A stretch of DNA of 40,411 nt, taken from a virus (taxonomy: Duplodnaviria > Caudoviricetes). The notes under the pieces were generated by a model. It was not told the origin of the DNA, ran no database searches, and saw nothing but the letters and a program-made list of their open reading frames with translations. Within the stretch, counting starts at the first letter, position 1. Each line of letters starts with the position of its first letter. The position numbers and the translations under genes were made by a program. Below are positions 19,357-28,599 of the stretch, in pieces. The stretch is from IMG/VR virus record IMGVR_UViG_3300005805_000181, positions 1-40,411 of that record, one strand, 5' to 3'.

Positions 19357-19767
19357 ATGAGAGCGAAGAAGAATGCTATGAAGCGTAGAGCAAAGATTCC
19401 ACGTAGAAAGTCCCCAAGGGTGAGAAATGCAGGAACTATGACAGAATCTGCATTCTGGAGCTTCATTAGAAGCGCACTCAGACAGAAGTCTAGGTTCTGG
19501 AAACCTATTGTACAGGCCAAGCTAAAAGCACGTAGACCTTACAAAGGACCAAACAAACGACTAAAGTTTGAGTACCAGTGTAATGTATGTAAGGAATGGT
19601 TCCCTGAAAAGCTTATCAACGTAGATCATATACAGCCAGCTGGTAGCTTAAACTGTGCAGCTGACCTGCCAGGATTTGTTACAAGACTATTCTGTGAGCT
19701 GGACAATCTACAGGTGCTTTGTGAGTCGTGCCACAATAAAAAGACAGCAAATGAAAAGAAAGCCTGA
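19357..19767 (+). CDS. HNH endonuclease
   Basis: CNVC...VDHI.P...NLQVLCESCHNKKT; ATG at 19357. Confidence 0.85.
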   Translation: MRAKKNAMKRRAKIPRRKSPRVRNAGTMTESAFWSFIRSALRQKSRFWKPIVQAKLKARRPYKGPNKRLKFEYQCNVCKEWFPEKLINVDHIQPAGSLNCAADLPGFVTRLFCELDNLQVLCESCHNKKTANEKKA

Positions 19768-20224
19768 AATCGAAGTAACAGATGAGTTTTTAGCTAAGTA
19801 CGGTCATAACAGACAGTCCTACAATAATTTAAGTAAGGCTGGTAGATGGAGTGTTCGTAATAGAGCAAAACATTATGAAATGTGTAAAGCTACTATAGCT
19901 AAGAATCCAGAACATTATAGTAAAAGACATAGAAAATACTGTCTTATGCAGAACTATAATATTACGGAAGAGCAGTATGATGAAATGCTAAAGGCTCAAA
20001 ACGGATGCTGTGCTATTTGTGGTACAGATAAACCCACTGGTAAATGGAAGGTATTTGCTGTAGATCATAATCATGAAACAGGAGAAGTTAGAGAGCTCCT
20101 GTGTAATGAATGTAATAGAGGTATAGGACTACTTAAAGATAGTCCTGAGCGTCTAACGAAAGCAGCAGAATATCTTTTGAAACATGATGTTAAAACAAAA
20201 CTAGAAAAAAATGGCAATCTATAA
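19751..20224 (+). CDS. endonuclease VII domain protein
   Basis: Q.G.CAIC...VDHNH.TG.VR.LLC..CN.GIG; ATG at 19751. Confidence 0.85.
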   Translation: MKRKPEIEVTDEFLAKYGHNRQSYNNLSKAGRWSVRNRAKHYEMCKATIAKNPEHYSKRHRKYCLMQNYNITEEQYDEMLKAQNGCCAICGTDKPTGKWKVFAVDHNHETGEVRELLCNECNRGIGLLKDSPERLTKAAEYLLKHDVKTKLEKNGNL

Positions 20225-20504
20225 CAATGAACGTGATCCCAATGATGTTGATTGGGAAAAGAACAATGAACAAAATGTAACCATATCTATCAATAAAGAG
20301 CCCTCTTTTACAGAGATTTGGTATGAAGGACATGTAGAATATAATGGAGAGAAACACCAATTCTGGCTGATTCATCCACAAGGAGTGGATCCTCATGGTA
20401 ATGAGTATGAGGTGGATGTTAGATGGTTCTTCCAAAGGGTGCCTAGAGAGATAAGGGGTATGTTACCGTATATTATTGATGCATTTAAACAGAAAGACAA
20501 ATGA
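20211..20504 (+). CDS. hypothetical protein
   Basis: 97-aa ORF overlapping both neighbours. Confidence 0.7.
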   Translation: MAIYNNERDPNDVDWEKNNEQNVTISINKEPSFTEIWYEGHVEYNGEKHQFWLIHPQGVDPHGNEYEVDVRWFFQRVPREIRGMLPYIIDAFKQKDK

Positions 20505-21547
20505 TAAAAGGAGCAACTAAGACAGAAGCTCTATATAGAGCGGTTAATCTAGATAGCTCTTCCAGTCTGAAGGATTTCTCCATGGACAGGAAGAAGTATT
20601 ACAAAAAGTATATACTTGGAGAGACAGTGGACGATAAAGACACTGTTGCTGCTACAACAGGTAGAATTGTAGAAACATTGTTATTAGAACCAGAGGAGTT
20701 TGACAACAGATTTTATATGTCTGTATGTATGTCTGCTCCTACAGGGCTCATGCTTTCGTTTGTAGAAGCGCTGTATAAGTTCACTACAGAGGCTACAGAT
20801 GAGGATGGTAAAGTTAATAGAACATTTGAGGAGCTGGCAAAGGATGCATATACAGAATCTGGGTTCAAGATTAAGTTTGATGCTGTAATCAACAAGTTTG
20901 TAGGAAGTGATGCTGAGGTGTATTATAACGAAATGCGCACAGTGAAGTCTAAAGGACTGACAGTGGTGACAGCAGAGGATGTAGCTAACGCTGAGAAGAT
21001 TGTGGATGAGCTAAGAAACAACCCAATCACCAGTGGTGTAGTTAATCTTGTAAGTAGCGTTAGGTATACCGTCTATAATCAGCTACAGGTGGAAAACTAT
21101 GACATTGATGGTCTGAAATTTAAGAGTATGATGGATAAGGTGGTGGTGGATCACAACGAAAAGACCATTAAGGTGTATGACCTGAAGTGTGTCTGGGCTG
21201 TAGAGAACTTCTATGATGAATATTATCTCTATCGTAGGGCCTATATTCAGGCGTTTGCCTATTTTAAGGCTGCTTTACACTTCAGAAATGAGAAACACCT
21301 GGATGATTATAACGTAGAGCCTATTAGGTTTATTGTGTGTGATAGCACTAATTATTTTAGTCCCTTGATATATGAGCTCACTGGTGATGACATATTGGAA
21401 GCCTATGAAGGTTTTGAGCATAAAGGACGCAAATATGTCGGTGTACAAGCATTGGTCAAAGATTTGACATGGGCATTAAGTAACAATGTTTGGAACATAT
21501 CTAGAGAGAATTATGAGAATGGAGGCGTAGTAAAACTTAAAAAATAA
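20501..21547 (+). CDS. PD-(D/E)XK exonuclease (RecE/ExoVIII-like)
   Basis: SSSSLK, G..V..LLLEP, K.MMD...YDLK, YIQA.AY. Confidence 0.75.
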   Translation: MIKGATKTEALYRAVNLDSSSSLKDFSMDRKKYYKKYILGETVDDKDTVAATTGRIVETLLLEPEEFDNRFYMSVCMSAPTGLMLSFVEALYKFTTEATDEDGKVNRTFEELAKDAYTESGFKIKFDAVINKFVGSDAEVYYNEMRTVKSKGLTVVTAEDVANAEKIVDELRNNPITSGVVNLVSSVRYTVYNQLQVENYDIDGLKFKSMMDKVVVDHNEKTIKVYDLKCVWAVENFYDEYYLYRRAYIQAFAYFKAALHFRNEKHLDDYNVEPIRFIVCDSTNYFSPLIYELTGDDILEAYEGFEHKGRKYVGVQALVKDLTWALSNNVWNISRENYENGGVVKLKK

Positions 21548-22101
21548 TGGAGCTCAAAAAGACAATCACTAGTATTTTTATGGTGCCCACTCTTAGGATA
21601 GGCAGAGATGAACTCAAACAAAACGGGTTCATCAATGCTTATCTAAAGGATGGAAAGAGAGATGTACAGTATGCCAACTCTGTCTATCTTGTTTTCCATC
21701 CTAAGAATCTGGACCAGTTCAAGGTGTTTCTAGACAGTGAATATGAGAGAACAAAGGCCATAATAGACGATTATGATTATGAAGATGGGTTTGTTGTGGT
21801 GGTGTATTCTCTAGATAACAAGTTTAAGAAGGACTTTGAGCTAATTAAGAAGGGCAAATATTCCAAAACTTCTAGAGAATTCCAGGCTCTCTTTCCCAAG
21901 GTGATAAAGATTAGATCCAATGGCCTGTATAAAGATGAGATAAGTTTGCAATATCGCATCTTCAACAAGACAGAGGACCTACGCAAGTATTGGGAGGAGA
22001 AAATTGGTGTGGAATTTGACGATAGTATGGAGGTTTGGCAAGGTTTTATAGAAGAAAACGAGATTCTTAACATTGAAAAACTTAAAGAAGAACATGTATA
22101 A
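21547..22101 (+). CDS. hypothetical phage protein
   Basis: 184 aa, GKYSK motif, TAATG coupling. Confidence 0.7.
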   Translation: MELKKTITSIFMVPTLRIGRDELKQNGFINAYLKDGKRDVQYANSVYLVFHPKNLDQFKVFLDSEYERTKAIIDDYDYEDGFVVVVYSLDNKFKKDFELIKKGKYSKTSREFQALFPKVIKIRSNGLYKDEISLQYRIFNKTEDLRKYWEEKIGVEFDDSMEVWQGFIEENEILNIEKLKEEHV

Positions 22102-22300
22102 CGAAGAATTTTTACAGAAGATCCTACACGAAGATGGTGTAGAAAGAGCTATTATTTTCTGCGAGATAGAGAGTAAGAGGTGTCAAGAAATGCTTGACAG
22201 CTCAAGAATAGACAACCCTATTGATGCAATGGAGCTTTCCTATGAGAGAGATTGGTGGGCTGAACGTGCAACCAGACTTAAAAATGACCAGCCATGTTAG
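22094..22300 (+). CDS. small hypothetical protein
   Basis: Likely ATG at 22094. Confidence 0.55.
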   Translation: MYNEEFLQKILHEDGVERAIIFCEIESKRCQEMLDSSRIDNPIDAMELSYERDWWAERATRLKNDQPC

Positions 22301-22668
22301 AACTAATGGAAAAGTACCCAGAAGCAGCAAAAGAAGTGGTTGCTTTCTACCTGGAAAAGCTGCTCACATCTCTTAAAACAGAGAGTGTTCCTGAAGGGTT
22401 CAAAGACTTTGTTAGGCAGAAGGGTGTGGATAACGAAACAATTGTAAAAATTGTAGAGAATTCACCAAGAATGCTGTTTGATGTTTTTGACTCACATGAG
22501 CTTTTTATTGAAACTTTATATATGGAAAATGCATTTCATTATACAGTTTCTAATGGAGAGGAGGTTATTGTTGCAAATAGTGAAAGCTATAAAACAAGAA
22601 CAGAATGTGACAGGGCTGCTGTACAAGAAGCGTTCAGGTTATTAAACGAAACTCTATTCCAATCCTAA
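22294..22668 (+). CDS. hypothetical protein
   Basis: 124-aa ORF. Confidence 0.7.
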   Translation: MLELMEKYPEAAKEVVAFYLEKLLTSLKTESVPEGFKDFVRQKGVDNETIVKIVENSPRMLFDVFDSHELFIETLYMENAFHYTVSNGEEVIVANSESYKTRTECDRAAVQEAFRLLNETLFQS

Positions 22669-22700
22669 TTGATATGGTTAGGTAATATTTTCAAATTGTC

Positions 22701-22747
22701 TTGGTTCGTAAGGGGTAGTGAGTTACATTTGCTACCCCTTATTTTTT
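22701..22747 (+). promoter_or_regulatory. terminator-like hairpin containing a promoter (TACATTTG 22724-22731)
   Basis: taaggggtag/ctacccctta stem followed by T run; TTGG-N19-TACATTTG. Confidence 0.65.
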
Positions 22748-22768
22748 AACTAAAAAACACGAGAATTT

Positions 22769-24622
22769 ATGAAAGATTTAGGATTGGAAGCGTTGTCAAG
22801 CATTACTGTATTCAGCAAGTATGCAAAATACATACCTGAACTGCAGAGAAGAGAAACATGGGAAGAAATTGTAATGCGTTATGAGAAGATGTTGATTAAG
22901 AAATATCCTAAACTTGAAGAGGCTATTCTGGTCAGTTCTCAAATGATTAAAGAAAAGAAGGTGCTGCCTTCTATGAGAGCACTTCAGTTTGCTGGACCAG
23001 CTGCTGAGGTGAATAACTCTAGAATTTACAACTGTTGCTATCTTCCTATAGACAGCATACACAGTTTTAGCGAAACCATGTTCTTGCTTCTAGGAGGAAC
23101 AGGTGTAGGTTATTCTGTACAAAAGCACCACATTGAACAATTACAGCCTATAACCAAACCTGGTAAAAAGCGTAACTATCTAATTGAGGATAGCATAATG
23201 GGTTGGGCAGATGCTGTAAAGGTGCTTATAAAAGCCTACCTAGAGGGTGGTTTCTTACCAGTTTATGACTTTAGGTCTATTAGAAACAAGGGTGCTAGAC
23301 TGGTAACAGCTGGTGGTAAAGCTCCTGGTCCTGAACCACTTAAGATATGTCTGGCTCATGTTCAGGCAGTTCTTGAAAGAAAAAATGAGGGTGAGAAACT
23401 TACACCCCTAGAATGCCATGATATCCTCTGTCACATTGCAAACAGTGTTCTGGCTGGTGGTATTCGTAGATCAGCTATGATTGCTCTATTTAGCCACGAT
23501 GATGAGGAGATGATTACATGCAAGTATGGAAACTGGTATGAGCTTAATGAACAGCGTGGTAGAGCTAACAATTCAGCTGTACTAAACCGTGAAGAATTGT
23601 CACAAGATGAGTTCTTAAACCTGTGGAAACGTATAGAGGCATCTGGTTCTGGTGAACCAGGCATCTATTGGACCAATGACAAGGATTGGGGCACTAATCC
23701 CTGCTGTGAGATTGCACTTAGGCCCTATCAGTTCTGTAACCTGTGTGAGGTGAACGTTAGTGATGTAGACAGCCAGGAAGAGCTTAGCAACCGTGTAGCT
23801 ACAGCAGCATTCTTTGGTACATTACAGGCTGGATTTACAGATTTTCACTATCTAAGGCCTATATGGCAGAAAACCACGCAAAAGGACGCATTATTAGGTA
23901 TAGGAATGACTGGTATTGCATCTGGGGAAATCCTTAAATATGACCTAGCTGCAGCAGCTCATGTTGCTAAGGTGACTAATAGCATATTTAGTGAAATAAT
24001 AGGCACTAATGAGGCTGCTAGGATTACATGTATAAAGCCTTCAGGTACAACTAGTTTGGTACTTGGAACCAGTTCAGGTATACATGCTTGGCATAATGAC
24101 TACTATCTGCGTACCATGAGGTTTAACAAGAATGAGGACATAGCTTCCTATCTGATGGTGAATCACCCAGAGCTCTGTGAAGATGATGTGCTAAGACCTA
24201 CAGATACAGTGTGTGTACGCATCCCTGTGAAGGCACCAGAAGGATCTATTTTAAGGACAGAAACAGCGCTTGACACATTAGAGCGTGTTAAGAAGTTTTC
24301 TACAGAATGGATTAAGCCTGGGCACATGGGTGGTTATAATACACATAATGTAAGTGCTACAATATCTCTCAAACCAGAAGAATGGGAACCTATAGGACAA
24401 TGGATGTGGGATAATAGAGATCATTATAACGGACTTAGTGTATTGCCTTATTGGGGAGGAACATACAAACAAGCTCCTTTTGAGGATATTACCAAGGAAG
24501 AGTATGAAACACGAATAGCCACCCTGAAACATCTAGATCTCACCAAGGTGATGGAACTAGATGATACAGTGGACTTTGGTCAAGTGGCTGCTTGTGCAGG
24601 TGGTGCATGCGAAATATCATGA
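22769..24622 (+). CDS. nrdJ: class II (adenosylcobalamin-dependent) ribonucleotide reductase
   Basis: RRETW, YNC, LLGGTGVG, GGIRRSA, TNPCCEI, CNL, KPSGT, C-terminal CAGGACEI; no beta subunit adjacent. Confidence 0.9.
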   Translation: MKDLGLEALSSITVFSKYAKYIPELQRRETWEEIVMRYEKMLIKKYPKLEEAILVSSQMIKEKKVLPSMRALQFAGPAAEVNNSRIYNCCYLPIDSIHSFSETMFLLLGGTGVGYSVQKHHIEQLQPITKPGKKRNYLIEDSIMGWADAVKVLIKAYLEGGFLPVYDFRSIRNKGARLVTAGGKAPGPEPLKICLAHVQAVLERKNEGEKLTPLECHDILCHIANSVLAGGIRRSAMIALFSHDDEEMITCKYGNWYELNEQRGRANNSAVLNREELSQDEFLNLWKRIEASGSGEPGIYWTNDKDWGTNPCCEIALRPYQFCNLCEVNVSDVDSQEELSNRVATAAFFGTLQAGFTDFHYLRPIWQKTTQKDALLGIGMTGIASGEILKYDLAAAAHVAKVTNSIFSEIIGTNEAARITCIKPSGTTSLVLGTSSGIHAWHNDYYLRTMRFNKNEDIASYLMVNHPELCEDDVLRPTDTVCVRIPVKAPEGSILRTETALDTLERVKKFSTEWIKPGHMGGYNTHNVSATISLKPEEWEPIGQWMWDNRDHYNGLSVLPYWGGTYKQAPFEDITKEEYETRIATLKHLDLTKVMELDDTVDFGQVAACAGGACEIS

Positions 24623-24780
24623 AACAAGAACTAATAGAAAACGTACATTACTATCTGGAGAATGGAAAGATTGTATTTACAGAACTCTATCATCTTCAGA
24701 GAGGTAGCTGCTGTGGAAAGAATTGCAGACATTGCCCTTTTGTCCCAAAAGGAGTTAAGGGTAATAAGCAGAAAAAGTAA
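24619..24780 (+). CDS. DUF5522-like Cys-rich small protein
   Basis: YY.E.G..VFT..YHL.RG.CCG..CRHCP; ATGA overlap with nrdJ. Confidence 0.75.
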   Translation: MKQELIENVHYYLENGKIVFTELYHLQRGSCCGKNCRHCPFVPKGVKGNKQKK

Positions 24781-24798
24781 CCGTTTCTTTTTGATTTT

Positions 24799-24831
24799 AG
24801 CCCTGGGATTTCTATCCTAGGGCTTTTTTTT
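24799..24831 (+). terminator. intrinsic terminator
   Basis: agccctgggat-ttct-atcctagggct followed by T run. Confidence 0.8.
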
Positions 24832-24846
24832 CTCAACCAAATTTTG

Positions 24847-24854
24847 TATATTTG
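24847..24854 (+). promoter_or_regulatory. -7 promoter element upstream of recA
   Basis: TATATTTG. Confidence 0.55.
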
Positions 24855-24879
24855 TAGGCTCACATAAATCGTAAAACAT

Positions 24880-25908
24880 ATGGCAAAAAGTAAAGAAACA
24901 GTAAACAACAGATTCAAGGAAGCATTAGAAAAACTAAACAAACAGTATGGTGTAGGCACAGTGTTTACACTAGATGACAAGACAGACGGAAATTATGATG
25001 TAATTAGCACAGGATCAATTGGTTTTGATTGGGTTACACTAGGCACAGGTGGTTTTGTAAAGGGAAAGCTCTATGAACTAATGGGTTGGGAGGGTACAGG
25101 TAAGTCAACAATATGTGGTCATGCTGTAGCAGAGTGTCAGAAGAAAGGAGGAGGAGTGCTGTATATAGATGGCGAACATGCTGTAGATAAGAAGTATTTT
25201 GAAGCGCTGGGTGTAGACACAAACAGTATGCTGATAGCTCAGCCTAGTTGCGGTGAGGAGGGTTTTAACATTGCCATGGAAATGATTGCTACAGGAGACA
25301 TTGATCTGGTGATTATAGATTCAGATAGCAGTTTGATTCCCAAGAAGGTGTTAGATAACGAAGTGGGTGATAGTGCTATCGGTAAGAAAGCTGTATTGAA
25401 CAGCAGTGCCTATCCAAAAATCAAATCAGCTGCAGCTAACAACAATGTATGTGTTATTGTAATTAGCCAATATCGTGAGAAGATTGGTGTAATGTTTGGC
25501 AATCCTACAACAACACAGGGTGGACATGCGCTGAAGTTCTATTCTGATGTTAGAATAGAAGTGAGCAAGTCTCTTGCAAAAGAGGGTGATGTCACCTATG
25601 GTAATATTACAAAGGTGAAGGCTACTAAGAACAAGATGTGTCCTCCCTATAGACTATCTCAGTTTGAGATTGTGTATGGTAAGGGTATTGATAGAGTGCA
25701 GGAGATTCTTGACCTGATTAATGAGTTTGAGATTGGTAGAAAGTATGGTAAGACAATGACTTTCAATGATGTAAAGTATGATCTGGAAGAGTTTAAGAAG
25801 ATGATTGTGGACAATGAAGAGTTCTATACAGACATCAAAGAGAAGATTGTAAACAAGATTAAGCAAGCAGAACTAAAAGTGGAAGAGAATGTTGAAGATC
25901 AAATTTAA
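24880..25908 (+). CDS. recA: RecA recombinase
   Basis: ISTGS, GWEGTGKST, IDGEHA.D, QYREKIGVMFGNP.TT.GG.ALKFYSDVR, KNK..PP. Confidence 0.95.
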   Translation: MAKSKETVNNRFKEALEKLNKQYGVGTVFTLDDKTDGNYDVISTGSIGFDWVTLGTGGFVKGKLYELMGWEGTGKSTICGHAVAECQKKGGGVLYIDGEHAVDKKYFEALGVDTNSMLIAQPSCGEEGFNIAMEMIATGDIDLVIIDSDSSLIPKKVLDNEVGDSAIGKKAVLNSSAYPKIKSAAANNNVCVIVISQYREKIGVMFGNPTTTQGGHALKFYSDVRIEVSKSLAKEGDVTYGNITKVKATKNKMCPPYRLSQFEIVYGKGIDRVQEILDLINEFEIGRKYGKTMTFNDVKYDLEEFKKMIVDNEEFYTDIKEKIVNKIKQAELKVEENVEDQI

Positions 25909-26317
25909 GAAGCTGGCAGACGATGTAAAGCTCCCTGTAATGGGGAGCTTGCATGCTGCCTGTTTTGATGTGTATGCACACAGAATATTGTTTGAATCTA
26001 ACGGTAAGGTGGTGGTAAAACTTGGATTTGCTACAGAAATACCTGAAGGATATAAAGGAGTGATTGTGCCTCGTAGCAACTTAACAAAGCACTTCTGGGT
26101 GTTAAACAACTCTATGGGTGTGATAGACTCAGACTATAGGGGAGAGTGGATGTGTATATTCACTCCTCTTAATATTATGTCTGAGTTTCCTTATAACCCA
26201 GGAGAGAGGATAGCTCAGGTGTATTTTGAGAAGATTGAAGCTGTTGAGTTTGAGGAGGTGGATACTATAGCTGCTTCTGATAGAGGTGTTGGTGGATTTG
26301 GTAGTACAGGCGTTTAA
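25889..26317 (+). CDS. dut: trimeric dUTPase
   Basis: ACFD, PRS, GVIDSDYRGE, RIAQ, RG.GGFGSTG. Confidence 0.95.
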   Translation: MLKIKFKKLADDVKLPVMGSLHAACFDVYAHRILFESNGKVVVKLGFATEIPEGYKGVIVPRSNLTKHFWVLNNSMGVIDSDYRGEWMCIFTPLNIMSEFPYNPGERIAQVYFEKIEAVEFEEVDTIAASDRGVGGFGSTGV

Positions 26318-26328
26318 ATCAATGCGTT

Positions 26329-26556
26329 ATGGCAAAGCTCATACTAGATATTGAGGAAGATGAACTCAATTTATTCAAGAAACAATACATAAATCTTGTA
26401 GATTTGCATGACGAAATTGAGAAGTTGTTTGAAGAAGGCAAGCAAATAGACAAACGCAAGAAGAAGCTGTACAAGGACTGGAAGGATAAAATCAACTTCC
26501 TGATTGATATGTACAACACCCGATCTAAGTTTAAAACATATAACAAAGTAAAATGA
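26329..26556 (+). CDS. hypothetical protein
   Basis: 75-aa ORF. Confidence 0.65.
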   Translation: MAKLILDIEEDELNLFKKQYINLVDLHDEIEKLFEEGKQIDKRKKKLYKDWKDKINFLIDMYNTRSKFKTYNKVK

Positions 26557-26945
26557 AATCTAAATGTAAGGTGTGTGGAAGAAACTCTGAAGGAGAGTAT
26601 TGCTTTAAACACAAGCCAAATACCAGTGCTAAGAGCGGTAATGCTCTTGTAAAGTCTTTTGAGAAGTCAAGAGAGATAGAAAAGATGAGAGATATGTTCA
26701 TGTGGATGTGGAGAAAAAAGCCCCATTTCTCTGAGATAAGTGGTAAAAAACTAGGAAATGAACCACTTTCTGTATTCTTTCATCACATTCTTCCTAAGGA
26801 GAAGTATCCTGGAGCTATGTTTGATGAGGAGAACATTGTTCTGGTTACGCTAGAAGAGCATGATAACTTAGAGAGGGATATGTATAAGTATGATGTAGTT
26901 AACCAAAGACGTGAATTATTAAAAACCAAATACGAAATACAATGA
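26553..26945 (+). CDS. HNH-like protein with N-terminal Zn motif
   Basis: CKVC...C..H; HHILPK..YP...NIVL...EH. Confidence 0.6.
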   Translation: MKSKCKVCGRNSEGEYCFKHKPNTSAKSGNALVKSFEKSREIEKMRDMFMWMWRKKPHFSEISGKKLGNEPLSVFFHHILPKEKYPGAMFDEENIVLVTLEEHDNLERDMYKYDVVNQRRELLKTKYEIQ

Positions 26946-27244
26946 AAAATCAGTTTTTCTACACTAGAAAAGAACTTAAGTCGGGTACACCTGAGAACCC
27001 TGTCTATAATGAATTCAGGGACAGCTTTAACATGAACAAGGTGATTAGGTCTGTAGCTATAGAGGACGGTAGAACACTAGTTCTTCTAGATGACCTACAT
27101 GAGAGGGCTCAAGAGGTGCCTGACGTTGATATTAGGACCAACAAGGTGAAAGGTGTAAAGCGTCAAAAGAACACCTTTCAGTCAGAAATCTATTTAGAAC
27201 CAGAAGATGCACAACGTTTTTATGAACTCACTTCCATTCATTAG
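26942..27244 (+). CDS. hypothetical protein
   Basis: 100-aa ORF, ATGA overlap. Confidence 0.7.
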   Translation: MKNQFFYTRKELKSGTPENPVYNEFRDSFNMNKVIRSVAIEDGRTLVLLDDLHERAQEVPDVDIRTNKVKGVKRQKNTFQSEIYLEPEDAQRFYELTSIH

Positions 27245-27983
27245 TGCTAAATGCATTACCTACGGTAGAACACATTTCCTAGAAGAATCCCTATATTCTT
27301 TTGTAAACCAACAGTATGAGGGTAGGAAGGAGATGGTTATTGTAAATGACTATCCCCTTCAAACCCTTGTATTTGATCACCCAGAGGTGAAAATCATCAA
27401 CCTCTCTGAGACATTCTCTACAATTGGAGCAAAGGAAAACTTTGCCCTTGGACATTGTGAAGGTGAGCTTATAGCTGTTTGGGATGATGATGATGTAGCT
27501 ATGCCTAACCACATGAGTAATATCGCTAAGTTCTTCACACCAGGCACCAACCTTCTCCAATGGAACAGAGGAGTGTTATTCAATGGAGAGAAGGTGGAGT
27601 CTATTACAGGACTAGGTAACTCTGGTATTGTATATACAAAGAAGGTGTGGGAAGATATGGGAGGACATCCTCTAGAGAATGCAGGATATGACATGACCTT
27701 TGTACAGGCTATACACGCTAGAGGTGGTGTTGTGTTTGCTAGTCCTCCTGATGATGAAGTGAGCTGGTTCTATATGTGGGGAGGTAGGGGCTATCACATG
27801 AGTGGGCTTGGTACAGATGACGGTAAACGTCCAAATGCTATACAAAGGCATTCTGCTTACGTAGAAGCTGAGAGAATGAAAGGAAAGGTGCCCACAGGAA
27901 TTGTTAATCTTGTTCCTAAATGGAACAGGCCTTATTCAGAACTACTAAAGAAATTCAATGAGAATAGAAAAACTAGTGGTTGA
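27222..27983 (+). CDS. GT2-family glycosyltransferase
   Basis: TYGR...LEE.L.SF..Q.Y, IVND, IGAK.N, WDDDD. Confidence 0.85.
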   Translation: MNSLPFISAKCITYGRTHFLEESLYSFVNQQYEGRKEMVIVNDYPLQTLVFDHPEVKIINLSETFSTIGAKENFALGHCEGELIAVWDDDDVAMPNHMSNIAKFFTPGTNLLQWNRGVLFNGEKVESITGLGNSGIVYTKKVWEDMGGHPLENAGYDMTFVQAIHARGGVVFASPPDDEVSWFYMWGGRGYHMSGLGTDDGKRPNAIQRHSAYVEAERMKGKVPTGIVNLVPKWNRPYSELLKKFNENRKTSG

Positions 27984-28599
27984 TTCCACAGAGGCTGTAA
28001 CAGACTTATGTAAACTAGGTATTAAACACCCTACAGATAAGTCTCCATATAATAAGTCTGATTCTTTGCATAAACATCCTTACACAGCTGTGTACAACAT
28101 GTTATTCTCTTACATGCGTTATCAGCCTATAACATTAGGAGAGGTGGGTATATTAGACAATATGTCTATGTTATGTTGGAGAGACTACTTTCCCATTGCA
28201 ACATTGTATGGGTATGAATACTCAGAAACAAAAATACAAAAAGCTCTGTTTGACGAGGTTCCCAACAGTGTATACCTAAAAATGGACATAAAGGACGTTG
28301 AATCAATTGAGAGAGGATTACGTCTTAAGATGTTTGACATCTTAATAGAAGACAGCACACACCAGTTTGAAGACCAAATAAGGTTTGCAAACATAGCCTA
28401 TAAACATGTAAAACCTGGAGGGTTCCTAATTATTGAGGATATATTTAGGAGTGAGAGTGAACAGAGATATGCAGAAGCCCTACGTGACATATCTAAATAC
28501 TTCTCATCCATGACATTCATTGTCACAGAACACATGCTTAAAAATTCACCTGGCTGGGACAATGATAAACTACTTGTGTTAAACAGGAACAATGTATGA
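27958..28599 (+). CDS. class I SAM methyltransferase, sugar O-methyltransferase-like
   Basis: TDK...H.Y...Y, EVG, DILIEDSTH, KPGG..IIED (MycE/OleY-like pattern). Confidence 0.75.
   Translation: MRIEKLVVDSTEAVTDLCKLGIKHPTDKSPYNKSDSLHKHPYTAVYNMLFSYMRYQPITLGEVGILDNMSMLCWRDYFPIATLYGYEYSETKIQKALFDEVPNSVYLKMDIKDVESIERGLRLKMFDILIEDSTHQFEDQIRFANIAYKHVKPGGFLIIEDIFRSESEQRYAEALRDISKYFSSMTFIVTEHMLKNSPGWDNDKLLVLNRNNV

Noticed and set aside
3032-25908. Inteins or introns in polB, dnaB, nrdJ or recA
   Set aside because: Proteins are of compact length with contiguous motifs; no splice-junction signatures seen
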